A stretch of DNA of 64,000 bases from a virus (Duplodnaviria > Caudoviricetes), in IMG/VR virus record IMGVR_UViG_3300031998_000045, positions 1 through 64,000 of that record. The stretch is one strand, 5' to 3'. Both the position numbers and the translations under genes were made by a program. Under the pieces are notes generated by a model that was not told where the DNA came from, made no database searches, and saw only the letters and a program-made list of their open reading frames with translations. This document shows, piece by piece, positions 1 through 10,253 of the stretch (its first letter is position 1; each line of letters starts with the position of its first letter).

Positions 1-1
1 A

Positions 2-670
2 AAGCCAGCAAATGACAAGCTTCGGCTTGTCGTCGAGACAACATCTGACTACAAGAAGACAGGCATCTACTCAGCGCAAAGAGATGACACAAGCAAGCCC
101 ATTGTCATTGACTGGGGAGACGGGACTGTTGAGAATGTCAATGGTGATGTCAGCTAGAAAGTCCATGAATATGCTTCAGTAGGCACTTTCAATGTAGTTG
201 TTTAGAACATCAAATCGTATGCTGCATCTAATGGTAATAGTGACTGGTATATGTATGTTACTAATAATACCATTATATTAAAATAGATAACTGCTATGCC
301 AGACAGCATAACTAGCATTGGAAACTATTCATTGGCAAATTGTGCCTTTGTGTATGTAGCAATTGGTAAAAATGTGACGAGCATAGGAGATTATGCATTA
401 TAGTTTAATGATTTTACTAGTTTTACAATTGGCAATGACGTAACAAACATTGGTTTAGGCGCATTTTATGCAAATTTAGATTTAGAATAGCTAACAATTT
501 CAAATAGTGTTGTAGACATAGATAAGTATGCTTTTACATATTGTGGTAAATTAACAAATGTAATATTTGAAGGAAGAACAATTTCTCAAGTGCAGTCTAT
601 GACCAATTATGACTTTGGTATTAAGTTAGCAACATTCTGCTGGAATTCAAACGACAGTAACTTGCTCTGA
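2..670 (+). CDS. BspA-type leucine-rich-repeat (LRR_5) protein, 5'-truncated by the window edge; needs TAG=Gln
   Basis: Manual translation from nt 2 gives IVIDWGDGTVE (PKD-like), then MPDSITSIGNYSLANC / IGKNVTSIGDYAL / IGNDVTNIGLGAF / ISNSVVDIDKYAFTYC repeats and the cap FEGRTISQVQSMTNYDFG. Five in-frame TAG; first TGA at 668-670. Confidence 0.85.
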
Positions 671-1331
671 TGGTTCATTTATCATTACATCATCCTGTAT
701 CCTCAAAGGCACTGACATTCTTCTTGCAGACGGGACAACAAAGAAGATCGAAGACCTCACCTACAGCGATGTCCTCAAAGTCTGGGACTTCGATGAAGGA
801 CAGCTTGGATCAGCAAAAGTCTGCTGGCTGACAAGACCAGGCTTGAAGAATGGACATTACTACTAGCTCACATTTGACAATGGAACTGTCTTAAAGACTA
901 CTGGTATCAACTCAAACCACCGCATATTCAGCGTAGACCAAAGCAAGTTCACAAATGTCTGCGATGCAAAAGTCGGAGACAAAGTCTTCTCAATCAACGG
1001 AACGCTCACGATAACCGACGTCTAGTACATTGAAGAAGAATGTGAGTACTACAATGTGATGACCTCTGGCAAGATAAACTGCTTTGCAAACGGCATCTTG
1101 ACTTCTGACAGATACGGCAACCTCTATCCAATCTAGAATATGAAGTACGTCAAAGATGGCAGAGCAATAAGACCATACAGCGAGTATGAAGCTGTCGGAA
1201 TTGACCGCTACTGGTATGACAATCTGCGTCTAGGTGAGAACATTGAGACAGTTGAGAAGTCAAAGGAGTATGTCTGGAAGTGCATTGGACAGATGCTGCC
1301 TTTGCCATAGGACAATGAGCTTGCGGACTGA
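609..1331 (+). CDS. Hint (intein-like) domain protein, probably the frameshifted C-terminus of the LRR gene; needs TAG=Gln
   Basis: Reads TTVTCSDGSFIITSSCILKGTDILLADGTTKKIEDL...YYNVMTSGKINCFANGILTS, matching Hint blocks A and F/G. Five in-frame TAG; ends TGA. Confidence 0.75.
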
Positions 1332-1349
1332 CAAAGCATATCACCTGCA

Positions 1350-1432
1350 TATCAACTTCTATAACCTGCTTATCACTTGCTTATCACCATTTATAAACAA
1401 CTTATAAACAGGTTATAAACAGTCTGTCAATA
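1350..1432 (+). repeat. Cluster of short direct repeats (TTATCAC x2, TTATAAACA x3)
   Basis: Read directly from the sequence. TTATAAACA is one mismatch from the DnaA-box consensus TTATNCACA. Confidence 0.5.
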
Positions 1433-2122
1433 AGTCACTTTGTAGATTTCAAAGGCATTGTAGACAATCTCAACATGAACTAATGGTTTATGTTTTTTCA
1501 GAAGTCGAGTGCATCTGAGGGTGCTCTGCAAACATCTGGATGCATTCTGCATATAGGACGGCTAGCTCAAAGATAGTTGGAACTTTGCTAAAAAACAATC
1601 TCTTTGAGGCATGCAGATTTTCCTTAGGGTGGTCTCTTTCGAGACCAGGTAGTTTCTTTTCTGTCTGTCTCTCTCGTTCATTCTCTCAGATTCTCTCAGA
1701 TTCTCTCAAGACACTGCCACAGAGCGCGCAGCGCTCGAGACTTCTCTCAGACTCTCTTTTGGCACTCCCTCGCATGCTCGCTCTCTTCGGCGCTAGGCGT
1801 CGCCGCGATTTTTCTACAAATTTTTTCAAAACTCTCTACGCGTGCGAGGAAATTTGTAGATTTTTGTAGACTTTCTCTCCAAGGCTGCGCGCTTCTTCTA
1901 AGCGCCGCGAGCTTCTTCAACTCGCTTCTTTCAGACTCTCAGCGCGCTGAAACACCGCACACTCTCCAAGGCTGCGCTTCGTCGTTGCAGAAAGTCTACA
2001 AGTCTAAGCGCTTGAAATTTGCTAGGCCTTGACGCGAAAAAAGCCGGCGACATATTGTTGTCGCCGGCGCTCTATGTTCATGAGAAGCTTGTATTTAGTC
2101 GCTTCTCAAGACTAGCTTCTAT

Positions 2123-2830
2123 TTACTTGTTCTTGCGGTTCTTGCGGTTCCTGTACTGTGCGCGCCAATATTCACACTTCTCTTCATTTGTGAACTGGCT
2201 GAAGGGCTTGTCAGGACGCACGTACTCAGTCTCCTTCTCAGAGGCTGACGTGCGGGAGCAAGTCTTCTTTGTGCATGTGCAAGAGCCGATGAACTCGGGA
2301 TCCTTCTTCAGCTCTTCAGCGACGAGCTTCCTGGCAGCTTCGTCAATTGCGATCTCCCTAGCGCGCTCCTTGACTTTGCGCTCAAAGGCTGCCTTCTTAG
2401 CTGCTTCCTGCCGCTTGTCATGCTCAGCCTTCACGATGCGCTTCTTCTCTTCCTGCTCCTTCTTGGCCTTCACCTGGTCAAATCCCGCATCGGCAATCCT
2501 CTGGAGGGTGGTGCCAAATCCGTCTCCGTCAACTGTCTTGTCGGGATTCACCTTGCCGAGCATGCGCTTGACAATAGCATAGACAATTGCCGTCTTGCGG
2601 TCGTAGACATCATTCTCGGACAGCTTGACAGTCGTGCGAGTTCCGTCGTTGAAGAAGACAATCGTCGTGTCTCCATTGTACTGGACACGAGAAATCTTGG
2701 GAACCCAGTGCCCTTCAATGATCTCCGGCTTGGAATATGGAATGTCAAGCAGCCGAGTGCTTGTCACGAGAGGAATGCTGTTGAGTGCACGGGCGATGTT
2801 GAACATCTCGTCAATGAATGTTTGTGTCAT
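2123..2830 (-). CDS. Conserved phage hypothetical protein with charged coiled-coil C-terminus
   Basis: Long ORF with GC3-rich codons; motif VQYNGDTTIVFFNDGTRTTVK...DVYDRKTAIVYAIVKR. Confidence 0.75.
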   Translation of the reverse strand: MTQTFIDEMFNIARALNSIPLVTSTRLLDIPYSKPEIIEGHWVPKISRVQYNGDTTIVFFNDGTRTTVKLSENDVYDRKTAIVYAIVKRMLGKVNPDKTVDGDGFGTTLQRIADAGFDQVKAKKEQEEKKRIVKAEHDKRQEAAKKAAFERKVKERAREIAIDEAARKLVAEELKKDPEFIGSCTCTKKTCSRTSASEKETEYVRPDKPFSQFTNEEKCEYWRAQYRNRKNRKNK

Positions 2831-2950
2831 GATTTGTAGACTTTCTTTTAGAGTTTGTAGACTTTGTTTGGTTTGAAATTGCTTAGGCTGTCTGAGCACG
2901 GGCAAAAAGGAGAAATCCCATGCCCAGACAGCAAGTGAGCTTTTCAGCTC

Positions 2951-3160
2951 TTAACCGTTGATGGCACGGCGAAGGTTCTTGAGAGTCCAATTCCCGCCAT
3001 TGCGCAGCGTCTGGCTCTTGGCGACCTTGAACTTGCGGGGCTGCTTGGCACAAGCGCGCTTCGTGCACGTGATGATGCCGTACTTGCCGCAGTAGGTGCG
3101 GTCTCCCTCACCAAGGGCATTGATGTTGCGGAGGGCGTTCTTCTCGTTGTTCTTGATCAT
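2951..3160 (-). CDS. Small basic hypothetical protein
   Basis: ORF MIKNNEKNALRN... with biased codon usage. Confidence 0.55.
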   Translation of the reverse strand: MIKNNEKNALRNINALGEGDRTYCGKYGIITCTKRACAKQPRKFKVAKSQTLRNGGNWTLKNLRRAING

Positions 3161-3230
3161 GTTCTTTGTTCTTTCTTTTTTAAATCTCACTATACGTGAG
3201 AAATTGTAGACTTTTGTTTGTAGATTTTCC

Positions 3231-3812
3231 TTAGGCTATGGCTGTTTGAGCTGGCTGCTGGCTAGAGGGTGGCGCAATGACTACTTTCGGCATCTTCACG
3301 AATGGCTTCCAGATTGTCTGTCCAACTCGCTTGAGAAGCTCATCTTTGTCTTTGATTGAGAACTTCTTGCCTTCTTTGTCTTGCCAGCCTTCTGTGTCAT
3401 ACTTGGCATTGTTGTTGTACCCAGCTTGGCGCTTGGGAGTCTTTGTCTGCCATCCGTCGAAGATGCTGAGACCGTCAGCCCAGCTCTTCAGCTTCTTGAT
3501 CTTTGTCTCCAGAATGTCTGCGAACTTGCCGTTTGAGCTGTCATTGCCGAAGTTTATCCTGTACTTGGCTGGATCATCTGGCCAGCTGTTTGGATTAAGC
3601 CTGACTGCATCAGCTGAGAGGTCTTTGACCATCTTCTTGAAGTTATCAAGGGTGTCTATCCTTGCTATCCACCTCTTGGAGGACTTGCTTGAATTGTACT
3701 TCTTTCCGTTGTCTCCAGGCTCTGAGTGGTACTGGAGAGTCACAAGCACTGCTGCTTCTGGACTTATCTGCACCATCACGCCCTTCAGGACTGTCATTTC
3801 ATCTATTAGCAT
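3231..3812 (-). CDS. Hypothetical protein
   Basis: 193-aa ORF ending TAA. Confidence 0.65.
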   Translation of the reverse strand: MLIDEMTVLKGVMVQISPEAAVLVTLQYHSEPGDNGKKYNSSKSSKRWIARIDTLDNFKKMVKDLSADAVRLNPNSWPDDPAKYRINFGNDSSNGKFADILETKIKKLKSWADGLSIFDGWQTKTPKRQAGYNNNAKYDTEGWQDKEGKKFSIKDKDELLKRVGQTIWKPFVKMPKVVIAPPSSQQPAQTAIA

Positions 3813-4084
3813 GTTTTGTCTAGCTTTCTTTGAATAGAAGTTGTATTGCTGTCTACGTCTATTATTGTATCACATATGTAGACATCTTAAACTGCTATTT
3901 TAGATTTTTTTTTCACCAATGCTTGAGGTCTTCTTCTGTGAAGTTGAGGCTCGCCATTGGGAAAGCTGCTGAAAGCATCCTGTCAAATATCCAAGTCCTG
4001 CCTGCTGATATATAGGATATGAAGCGCCTTGCTGTGTACATCTGGTCTCCTTTGACATTATCATACTAAGTGTAGACTTTTTGC

Positions 4085-4678
4085 TTAGGCCCCTTGCTAG
4101 AAGCTGAGATGCGCTTCACGAAGAGCTTTGTAGATGTCGTGTCTATTCTCTTCTATTGAAGATATCTCTACAAGACTGTAGTCTCTGCGGTTTCTGCGGA
4201 ACTTCTTGAGAGCTTCGATCAAGCTAGCTGCTCGCACATAGCTCTTCTTCTCATCAGAGAATCTAGTGAAGTAAGTGAAGCAGTACTCATTGAGCTTGCT
4301 GTCTTCAGACTTGGGCTTTGGCTTGTAGACTTTTGGCTTGATGACTGCATAGGGACAGCCAAAGTTCTCATCATCATATTCAACATCAAGCTTGTCTGCG
4401 GCAAGATGCAAAGTCCAGCTCTTCTTGTCAAGGCTAGCCATTCCACGCTTGCTGAGCTTGCGAAGAGCACTAGCAAGATCTTTTGGGCATTCTGCACATA
4501 GCTCACCAATCTGGTCATAGCTTGCTAGTCCCTTGGGATCTGCATATGCTATGTCCGCTATCTGGACTGACTCTGGAATGACAGCTTTCTCTGTGAAGTC
4601 GTCATCAACTAAGACATCATCTAGAAAAGCTCCAAGCTCCCAGCTTTCATTCTTTGTCAAAAATGAGATTCTGCTCAT
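4085..4678 (-). CDS. Hypothetical protein
   Basis: AAGGAG SD before the ATG. TAG at 4097-4099 is followed by TAA four codons later. Confidence 0.7.
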
Positions 4679-4711
4679 CGTCTTTCTCCTTTTTAGATTT
4701 TCCTAGGGTGG

Positions 4712-5266
4712 TCAGTCAAACTGGTTGGGATGCTTTTCGGCATTCTCAAACTCTCCTGCCATGCTTTCATCATCTATGCAGACAATAATGCTCTCGCCGT
4801 CTGTCTCTGAAGCAAGATTGTCAAAGAGGTCTTTCACTCCATACATTCCCCAAGCTGAAGAGACTGCCTTCCACCCACGATCTTTTGCATCCCACTTCTC
4901 TACTACATATCCATAGACATGTCCATTCCACCAGTCTTCATAGAGCCTGTGCTCGATGTCTGCAAACTTCTTGAGCTTCTCCTGAGTCCAGAAGGCTGGA
5001 TCTTCAGAGACCATCTTCTTGCAGCGCTCAGCTGTAGTATAGAACCAAAATGGCTGATGCCCCCAAGACTTCTTTGGACCGTCAAACTTCCAAGTCATGA
5101 GAGCCTCAGAGGGAATGTCTTCCTTAGACTTAGCTTTCTCGAAGACTAAGTCCTCATGCTCACAGGGCTCTTGAGCGGGGGTGTCTCGAACGATTCTGAT
5201 GCGCTGGTCTGCTAGGCGGGCTTTCTCAGAGCTCTTGTTGTAGATCTTCCAGGGATTCATAGGCAT
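4712..5266 (-). CDS. Conserved phage hypothetical protein
   Basis: SD-led; motif YEDWWNGHVYGYVVE...SAWGMYG. Confidence 0.7.
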   Translation of the reverse strand: MPMNPWKIYNKSSEKARLADQRIRIVRDTPAQEPCEHEDLVFEKAKSKEDIPSEALMTWKFDGPKKSWGHQPFWFYTTAERCKKMVSEDPAFWTQEKLKKFADIEHRLYEDWWNGHVYGYVVEKWDAKDRGWKAVSSAWGMYGVKDLFDNLASETDGESIIVCIDDESMAGEFENAEKHPNQFD

Positions 5267-5302
5267 TGTCTTTTCTCCTTTTAGATTTTCCTTAGGGTGG
5301 TA

Positions 5303-5758
5303 TTAGCAGTAATGAATAGCAGTTGACGGTGCCGTCTGGCCAAGCGCCTTCAGCACTCGAAGCTGCTCAACTTTTGGAAGTGCATTGAAGCTAGTTGTTG
5401 GAATGTCATTGTGTGAACCAAATGTCCAATGATTCTCAACAGCAGCTTTCCAGACATTGAAATGAGACCGGAGAAACTTAGCATAGTCATCCTTTGTCCA
5501 GGACTTTGAAAAGCGGATGCCATAGACTTCAAGCCCAGCTTTAGCTGCAAGCTTCTTGGCTTCTGCTTCAACTTCATCACGGTCTTCTTCTACACCATAG
5601 AAGAAATCTGGAAGCTTAGCGCTTCCATTTGCTCCAGCTGGAATGAAGTACTGCACAATGAATATGCCACCATTGAATATGTCATTTGAGTACTTCTTGG
5701 CATTGAACTTCTTAAGTCCATTGATCAGTTCATCTGCAGTTGCATAGTGGTCTTTCAT
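5303..5758 (-). CDS. Hypothetical protein
   Basis: SD AAGGAG, preceded by a promoter repeat at ~5803. Confidence 0.7.
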   Translation of the reverse strand: MKDHYATADELINGLKKFNAKKYSNDIFNGGIFIVQYFIPAGANGSAKLPDFFYGVEEDRDEVEAEAKKLAAKAGLEVYGIRFSKSWTKDDYAKFLRSHFNVWKAAVENHWTFGSHNDIPTTSFNALPKVEQLRVLKALGQTAPSTAIHYC

Positions 5759-5844
5759 GGTTTTTCTCCTTTTTAGTTGGATCAGCTGTTTGCCGCTGAC
5801 ACCATAGATCATATCAAAAAGTCTATGCTTTAGCCACTTAAGAC

Positions 5845-6126
5845 TTAGACGAATTTGACGTGGAAGTCCTCATTCATGATTTTAGCAATCTTTTCAGCTT
5901 GGATCTTTCCCTCATCGCCTACAAATGGACCTTTGTAGACTTTTGTCTTGATCCCATAGAAGCGATCTTTTCCTCCGCGTGGATTGACAGGCCTGCGCAT
6001 GACATACCACCACACTTTGTCAAGGATCTGTGGATCATTGCGAGAACCACTTGGAAGCCACGTTCGCTTCTTCACATAGTAAGCGCGCTTTGACTTGGGA
6101 ATTGAGTCTAGGATTGACACTTGCAT
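5845..6126 (-). CDS. Small basic hypothetical protein
   Basis: SD-led ORF behind a promoter repeat. Confidence 0.65.
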   Translation of the reverse strand: MQVSILDSIPKSKRAYYVKKRTWLPSGSRNDPQILDKVWWYVMRRPVNPRGGKDRFYGIKTKVYKGPFVGDEGKIQAEKIAKIMNEDFHVKFV

Positions 6127-6367
6127 CTACTTTTCTCCTTTTTTCAAACAGCTGTCCATCAGCTGCCGACACTATAGATCATATCAAAAAGTCTATGCTT
6201 CAGCCACTTAAGAATTCAAACATGTCTATGCATTTCTTAAATGGCTAGATATGATGGAAATTGTTATATAAGCACATTTGTTCTATATAGCAAAAGTCTA
6301 CAATCCAGCCACTCAAGCTGAAGTAAATATTGCATGGTAAAATATAATAAGAGAAAGGGCAGACACA

Positions 6368-6724
6368 ATGAAGAAGATTCTATCTTTAGCTCTAGCAGCA
6401 TCAATTGCTGCATGCGCATTCGGCCGTCCTGGACCTCACTTCGGTCCAAGAATTCCACATCATCCACATCACCACTGGAGAGCTCCACTGATCGGATACA
6501 CAGTTGGAGCAATCGGCGCAGGAATTGCAGCAGCTGCAATTGCTTCAACTTGGACAACATCAGCTCCTGTTGCAGCGCCAGCTCCAGCAGTAGTCCCTCC
6601 AGTTGTTGTTCCAGCAGCAAGAGTCTGGGTTCCGCCAGTGTATGAGACTCGTCCAGTGTACAACACTCTTGGACAGATCATCGGCTGGCAGCAAGTGATG
6701 GTCACGCCTGGATACTGGAGATGA
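6368..6724 (+). CDS. Secreted Pro/His-rich small protein (YXWGXW-repeat-like C-terminus)
   Basis: Signal peptide MKKILSLALAASIAACAFG; RVWVPPVYETRPVY...VMVTPGYWR. Confidence 0.7.
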   Translation: MKKILSLALAASIAACAFGRPGPHFGPRIPHHPHHHWRAPLIGYTVGAIGAGIAAAAIASTWTTSAPVAAPAPAVVPPVVVPAARVWVPPVYETRPVYNTLGQIIGWQQVMVTPGYWR

Positions 6725-6727
6725 TGC

Positions 6728-6934
6728 TTGATGAAAGCTCTGAAGAAGTTCTTCAAGAAAGTCATGGAGATCTTGCACATCATCTCCTCAGACTACAACC
6801 AGATCCAAGATGACAGAAAGTCTCCAAGAGAGACTCTGCCAGAGAAGAGCATGCTAGAAGATGCTCAGCAGAATGGACTTGACTCTGCTGAGCTTCTAGC
6901 TCCAGTCAGCTGGTGGAAAGAGGAGGATGTCTGA
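6728..6934 (+). CDS. Hypothetical protein
   Basis: Coupled ORF in the rightward operon. Confidence 0.55.
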   Translation: MMKALKKFFKKVMEILHIISSDYNQIQDDRKSPRETLPEKSMLEDAQQNGLDSAELLAPVSWWKEEDV

Positions 6935-7593
6935 TGTTTGCAGTAGACAATGACGTGAAGTTCACAAAGCTAGAGACTCTGGGACAGATTGCAGTGTCTG
7001 ACAGCAGAGCTTGGGCGCCGCTTCCGAGAGCAGATGTCTCTGAGAAGTGCGGTGCTTCTCTTGTAGCTCAGCTCTTAGAGAGCATCATCTACAGGACAAG
7101 ATGCTTTGGACAAGTGTCAGATGAGTTCATCAGCAAGATCTACACAGAAGCTTGCTGCACGGATGACATCCGGCTTGGACGGTCTTGTGACTTGCCGTCT
7201 TTGAAGTCTCTTCTCAAAGCAGTCTTAGACAGACAAGCAGTCTTGAACTCTGAGGTCATCTGGACAAAAGACTTAGAGACTCTAAGCCACTTCAATGAAG
7301 TCTGGGGAGTCTCAATTGTAGAGCTGAAGCTGACTACAGCTACAATGAATGCTCATAAGCATCTGATCTCAGATGTCGGAGAGCTGGTCTCAGAAGACTA
7401 CACAAAGGGATTTCTGCTGATCGGGACATCTGAAGAGTCTTGCCTCTTGCAGAACTCTCTTGGAACAGACTGTGGAGCATGCGGATTCAACATTGTTCCA
7501 ACACCAGTCTTTGAGAAGCTCTTTGTCAAGGGAGCAACTCTAGCTTTGAAGACTCCAGAAGAAAGTGAGGAAGCTGATGGTCAAGCCGATTGA
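6934..7593 (+). CDS. Hypothetical protein
   Basis: TGATG overlap with the upstream stop; GGAGG SD. Confidence 0.65.
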   Translation: MFAVDNDVKFTKLETLGQIAVSDSRAWAPLPRADVSEKCGASLVAQLLESIIYRTRCFGQVSDEFISKIYTEACCTDDIRLGRSCDLPSLKSLLKAVLDRQAVLNSEVIWTKDLETLSHFNEVWGVSIVELKLTTATMNAHKHLISDVGELVSEDYTKGFLLIGTSEESCLLQNSLGTDCGACGFNIVPTPVFEKLFVKGATLALKTPEESEEADGQAD

Positions 7594-8368
7594 GCAGATC
7601 AACATAGACTTAGAAGACAGCCCAGTTGACATGCGCTATGTTGCTAGCCCTGAGAACACATTTGCTTTGATAGCAATGGCGGACTACAAGAGAGACATCC
7701 ATCCTGTCTATGCTGGAAACTGGATAGAAGAGATCTTCCGTCTGCATTCAAACCATGTCAATGTCATATATGATGAGCAAGCCACCCATGACAACTTCTT
7801 GCGTCTGCTTGAAGAAGGCATAAAGTGGCCGTTCTTCATGTTCTATGAGAATGCACATGGAGCAACAAGGTCATTCCGCCTGTATGACACACATGTTCTT
7901 GCTAGAGAGATATATGACATCTTGAAGAAAGCTAAGCATAGAGTGCTTGGATTCTTCGACAGCTGCTACAGCGGCAGCATGATAGACACTGAGAACTTGA
8001 TGAAAGCACCTGCACCTGGCACAGCTGATGAGAATGCGCCAGACATTGCATCTTACATCACATCAATGTTCACTCATGACATGGCATTCAAAGCGGGATC
8101 TGGATCTCAGCTTCCGATCTTGAAGCTCTGCTCTGCAGCTGAAGACAAGAAGATAACAACATATGAGCCTGAGCAGCATACACAGTATGCTAGTGCAGTG
8201 CGCACAGCTTGGAAGAAGACTAAAGACGGTGGACGGTATGTAGACTTTGACTCATGGCTTCTGCAGAAGGGGTCTTATGGGCCAAAGGACCCTGAGCATG
8301 TGAACCATGTTGTCCCTCAGTTCTCAACTTTCGGCGGAGACTTCTCAGACAACTTAGCATTCACTTGA
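7577..8368 (+). CDS. Caspase-like (peptidase C14 / metacaspase-like) cysteine protease
   Basis: FALIAMADY, DEQATHDNF, FMFYENAHG (His), GFFDSCYSGS (Cys), CSAAEDK and C-terminal VVPQ follow the clan CD motif order. Confidence 0.75.
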   Translation: MVKPIEQINIDLEDSPVDMRYVASPENTFALIAMADYKRDIHPVYAGNWIEEIFRLHSNHVNVIYDEQATHDNFLRLLEEGIKWPFFMFYENAHGATRSFRLYDTHVLAREIYDILKKAKHRVLGFFDSCYSGSMIDTENLMKAPAPGTADENAPDIASYITSMFTHDMAFKAGSGSQLPILKLCSAAEDKKITTYEPEQHTQYASAVRTAWKKTKDGGRYVDFDSWLLQKGSYGPKDPEHVNHVVPQFSTFGGDFSDNLAFT

Positions 8369-8489
8369 CGCTTGAAGGGTGAGCCGCTTTTGAATGCTAG
8401 AAAAGCCAGGCACATATGTGCCTGGCTTTCTTTTTCAACTAAGTCTGTCTTATGCTGCTCAAGCTGGATTGTACTGAATGCACATCCAC

Positions 8490-9635
8490 TCAGCGGTCTG
8501 AGTATTTGAATGCCAGCTTCTTGGTCTTTGCCGAGATCTTTGACCACATCTTGTGAGTGTACAGCTTCTCGCATGCAGCTGCATTCTGCTCATCAGTGCC
8601 AGGATACATTGCACCGTTCAAGCACATCAGCATGAAGTCAGGACGGTTCTCCATCATAGACAGGATCTCAAAGAATCCGTCAAGACGCTTCTTGTCTTCA
8701 GCTTCATCTTTGCCCTTCCACAAGACATAAGTGAGAGAGCTGCAGAATGCATAGAGCTCATCATTCTTCGTCGGGATCTTGACAGGAATTCTGCCTTCAA
8801 GCATGTCAATGATGTTGTCAAACTTCTTGTTGATCTTGAAGAACTCAATGAACTCAATGCCCTTAGCTGGTCCGACAAGCCCGTAGACAATCTTCCTGAG
8901 AAGGCTTTCATTCCCCTGGTAGATCTTCACCATCTGTGACACTTTGTCCCAAGACCTGGGACTCGGCCAGCCACGCTCAAGATTCTCTTTCTTCATGCTG
9001 AACAGATGCTCCGGCCTGTACATGATGTATCCTGTCACAGCAGGATGCACGTCATGAGAATGCGCCCATCTCAGCCAAGCTTCATGGTCAGCTTCAAGCT
9101 CAATGTGGAGGAACCGGTTTGACAGAGCTGAGCTCATTGTCGTCGCAACAGCTCGGTCAGTTGTCAGATTTCCTGCACTGACAATGTACCACCCTTTGGG
9201 GACTTTGTAGAAGTCTCCGATCTTCCTGTCAAGGATCAGCTCATAGGCTGCGACCTGGCAAGACTTGTCACATGCGGTAATCTCATCCAAGAAGATGATT
9301 CCCTTTGAGTCTGGGTCTCTTGGCCAGAAGTCAGGAGCATTCCACTTCATGACTCCCTTCTCTTTGTCTACAGAGGGAAGTCCACGGATGTCAACAGACT
9401 CGATCTCTGCCAGACGCACATCTACAAAGCCTATTCCCAAGCTGTCAGCAACTTGCTTGACAACAGATGACTTGCCGATTCCAGGTGACGAGTGGATGAG
9501 TATCGGCGGAAGAGTCTCAGCCAGAGCTGGATTCTCAATTATCATCCTGCAGTTTGTCCTGAGTATCTCGATGAGCTCTTCAATGCTCATTCTGTTGTGA
9601 GTGTCAATAGACACTGTTGTAGTCTTCTCTGCCAT
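8490..9635 (-). CDS. MoxR-like AAA+ ATPase (copy 1)
   Basis: Walker A SSPGIGKS, Walker B IIFLDEI, AGN sensor, ALSNRFLH, WPSPRSW. Confidence 0.9.
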   Translation of the reverse strand: MAEKTTTVSIDTHNRMSIEELIEILRTNCRMIIENPALAETLPPILIHSSPGIGKSSVVKQVADSLGIGFVDVRLAEIESVDIRGLPSVDKEKGVMKWNAPDFWPRDPDSKGIIFLDEITACDKSCQVAAYELILDRKIGDFYKVPKGWYIVSAGNLTTDRAVATTMSSALSNRFLHIELEADHEAWLRWAHSHDVHPAVTGYIMYRPEHLFSMKKENLERGWPSPRSWDKVSQMVKIYQGNESLLRKIVYGLVGPAKGIEFIEFFKINKKFDNIIDMLEGRIPVKIPTKNDELYAFCSSLTYVLWKGKDEAEDKKRLDGFFEILSMMENRPDFMLMCLNGAMYPGTDEQNAAACEKLYTHKMWSKISAKTKKLAFKYSDR

Positions 9636-9651
9636 TTTTTCTTTTCTCCTT

Positions 9652-9864
9652 TTACATCTTGAACAAAGCGTCTGAAGCTTGCTCAACAATTCCCATGTAG
9701 TTGATGATGTCAAACTTGTTGAAGTCAAAGTCTGCAGACTTCATCAGCTCATGTCTGCACCAGTCTTCAACATCATCGTAGTCAAACATGTCTACATATG
9801 CTTCGTCAACAAGCACCTTCTCAGTGTGTCCATAGATGTCTTTGCATAAAGCTTCAAATGTCAT
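9652..9864 (-). CDS. Small acidic hypothetical protein
   Basis: SD-led ORF behind a promoter variant. Confidence 0.55.
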   Translation of the reverse strand: MTFEALCKDIYGHTEKVLVDEAYVDMFDYDDVEDWCRHELMKSADFDFNKFDIINYMGIVEQASDALFKM

Positions 9865-9918
9865 CTCTGCTCTCCTTTGACGGTATTGATTATATCATTT
9901 GTAGACTTGTTCAGCCAC

Positions 9919-10242
9919 TCAGACAGCATATTTTGTCAGCTTTCGTTCAAGATCTCTCAGATCACACAGCTCTTCTGTAGCTTCTTGGTTCACTTCAGCT
10001 ATTTCAGCCCAGCATTTTGTCTCAAGCTCAATTATTGCTGCTTCATATTTTGCTGTGATCTCTCTGCGTCTGTCTTGAGATCTCTTAAAGACTTCATTGA
10101 TCCTTTCACGCACAGTCTCAATAGACTCATATGACACAGGATCTAGCTTCTCAGCATTGAGATTTCTTATGTCATCTTGAATGTTCTGCGCTATTCTAAA
10201 TATGCTGATGGGTGCAGTCTCTAGTCTAGATAGATTGTCCAT
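9919..10242 (-). CDS. Coiled-coil hypothetical protein
   Basis: SD-led, heptad-like E/K/R pattern. Confidence 0.6.
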   Translation of the reverse strand: MDNLSRLETAPISIFRIAQNIQDDIRNLNAEKLDPVSYESIETVRERINEVFKRSQDRRREITAKYEAAIIELETKCWAEIAEVNQEATEELCDLRDLERKLTKYAV

Positions 10243-10253
10243 GTCTGTCTCCT

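Noticed and set aside
240-630. Diversity-generating retroelement variable region in the LRR gene
   Set aside because: No reverse transcriptase and no template/variable repeat pair with A-specific mismatches is visible.
609-1331. Canonical protein-splicing intein
   Set aside because: The C-terminal block ends NGILTS without His-Asn plus nucleophile, and there is no conserved host extein; treated as a Hint-domain protein.
1540-2582. + strand ORFs 1540..1869 and 2019..2582
   Set aside because: Low-complexity S/L/F/R composition from the CT-rich tract or antisense to a real gene.
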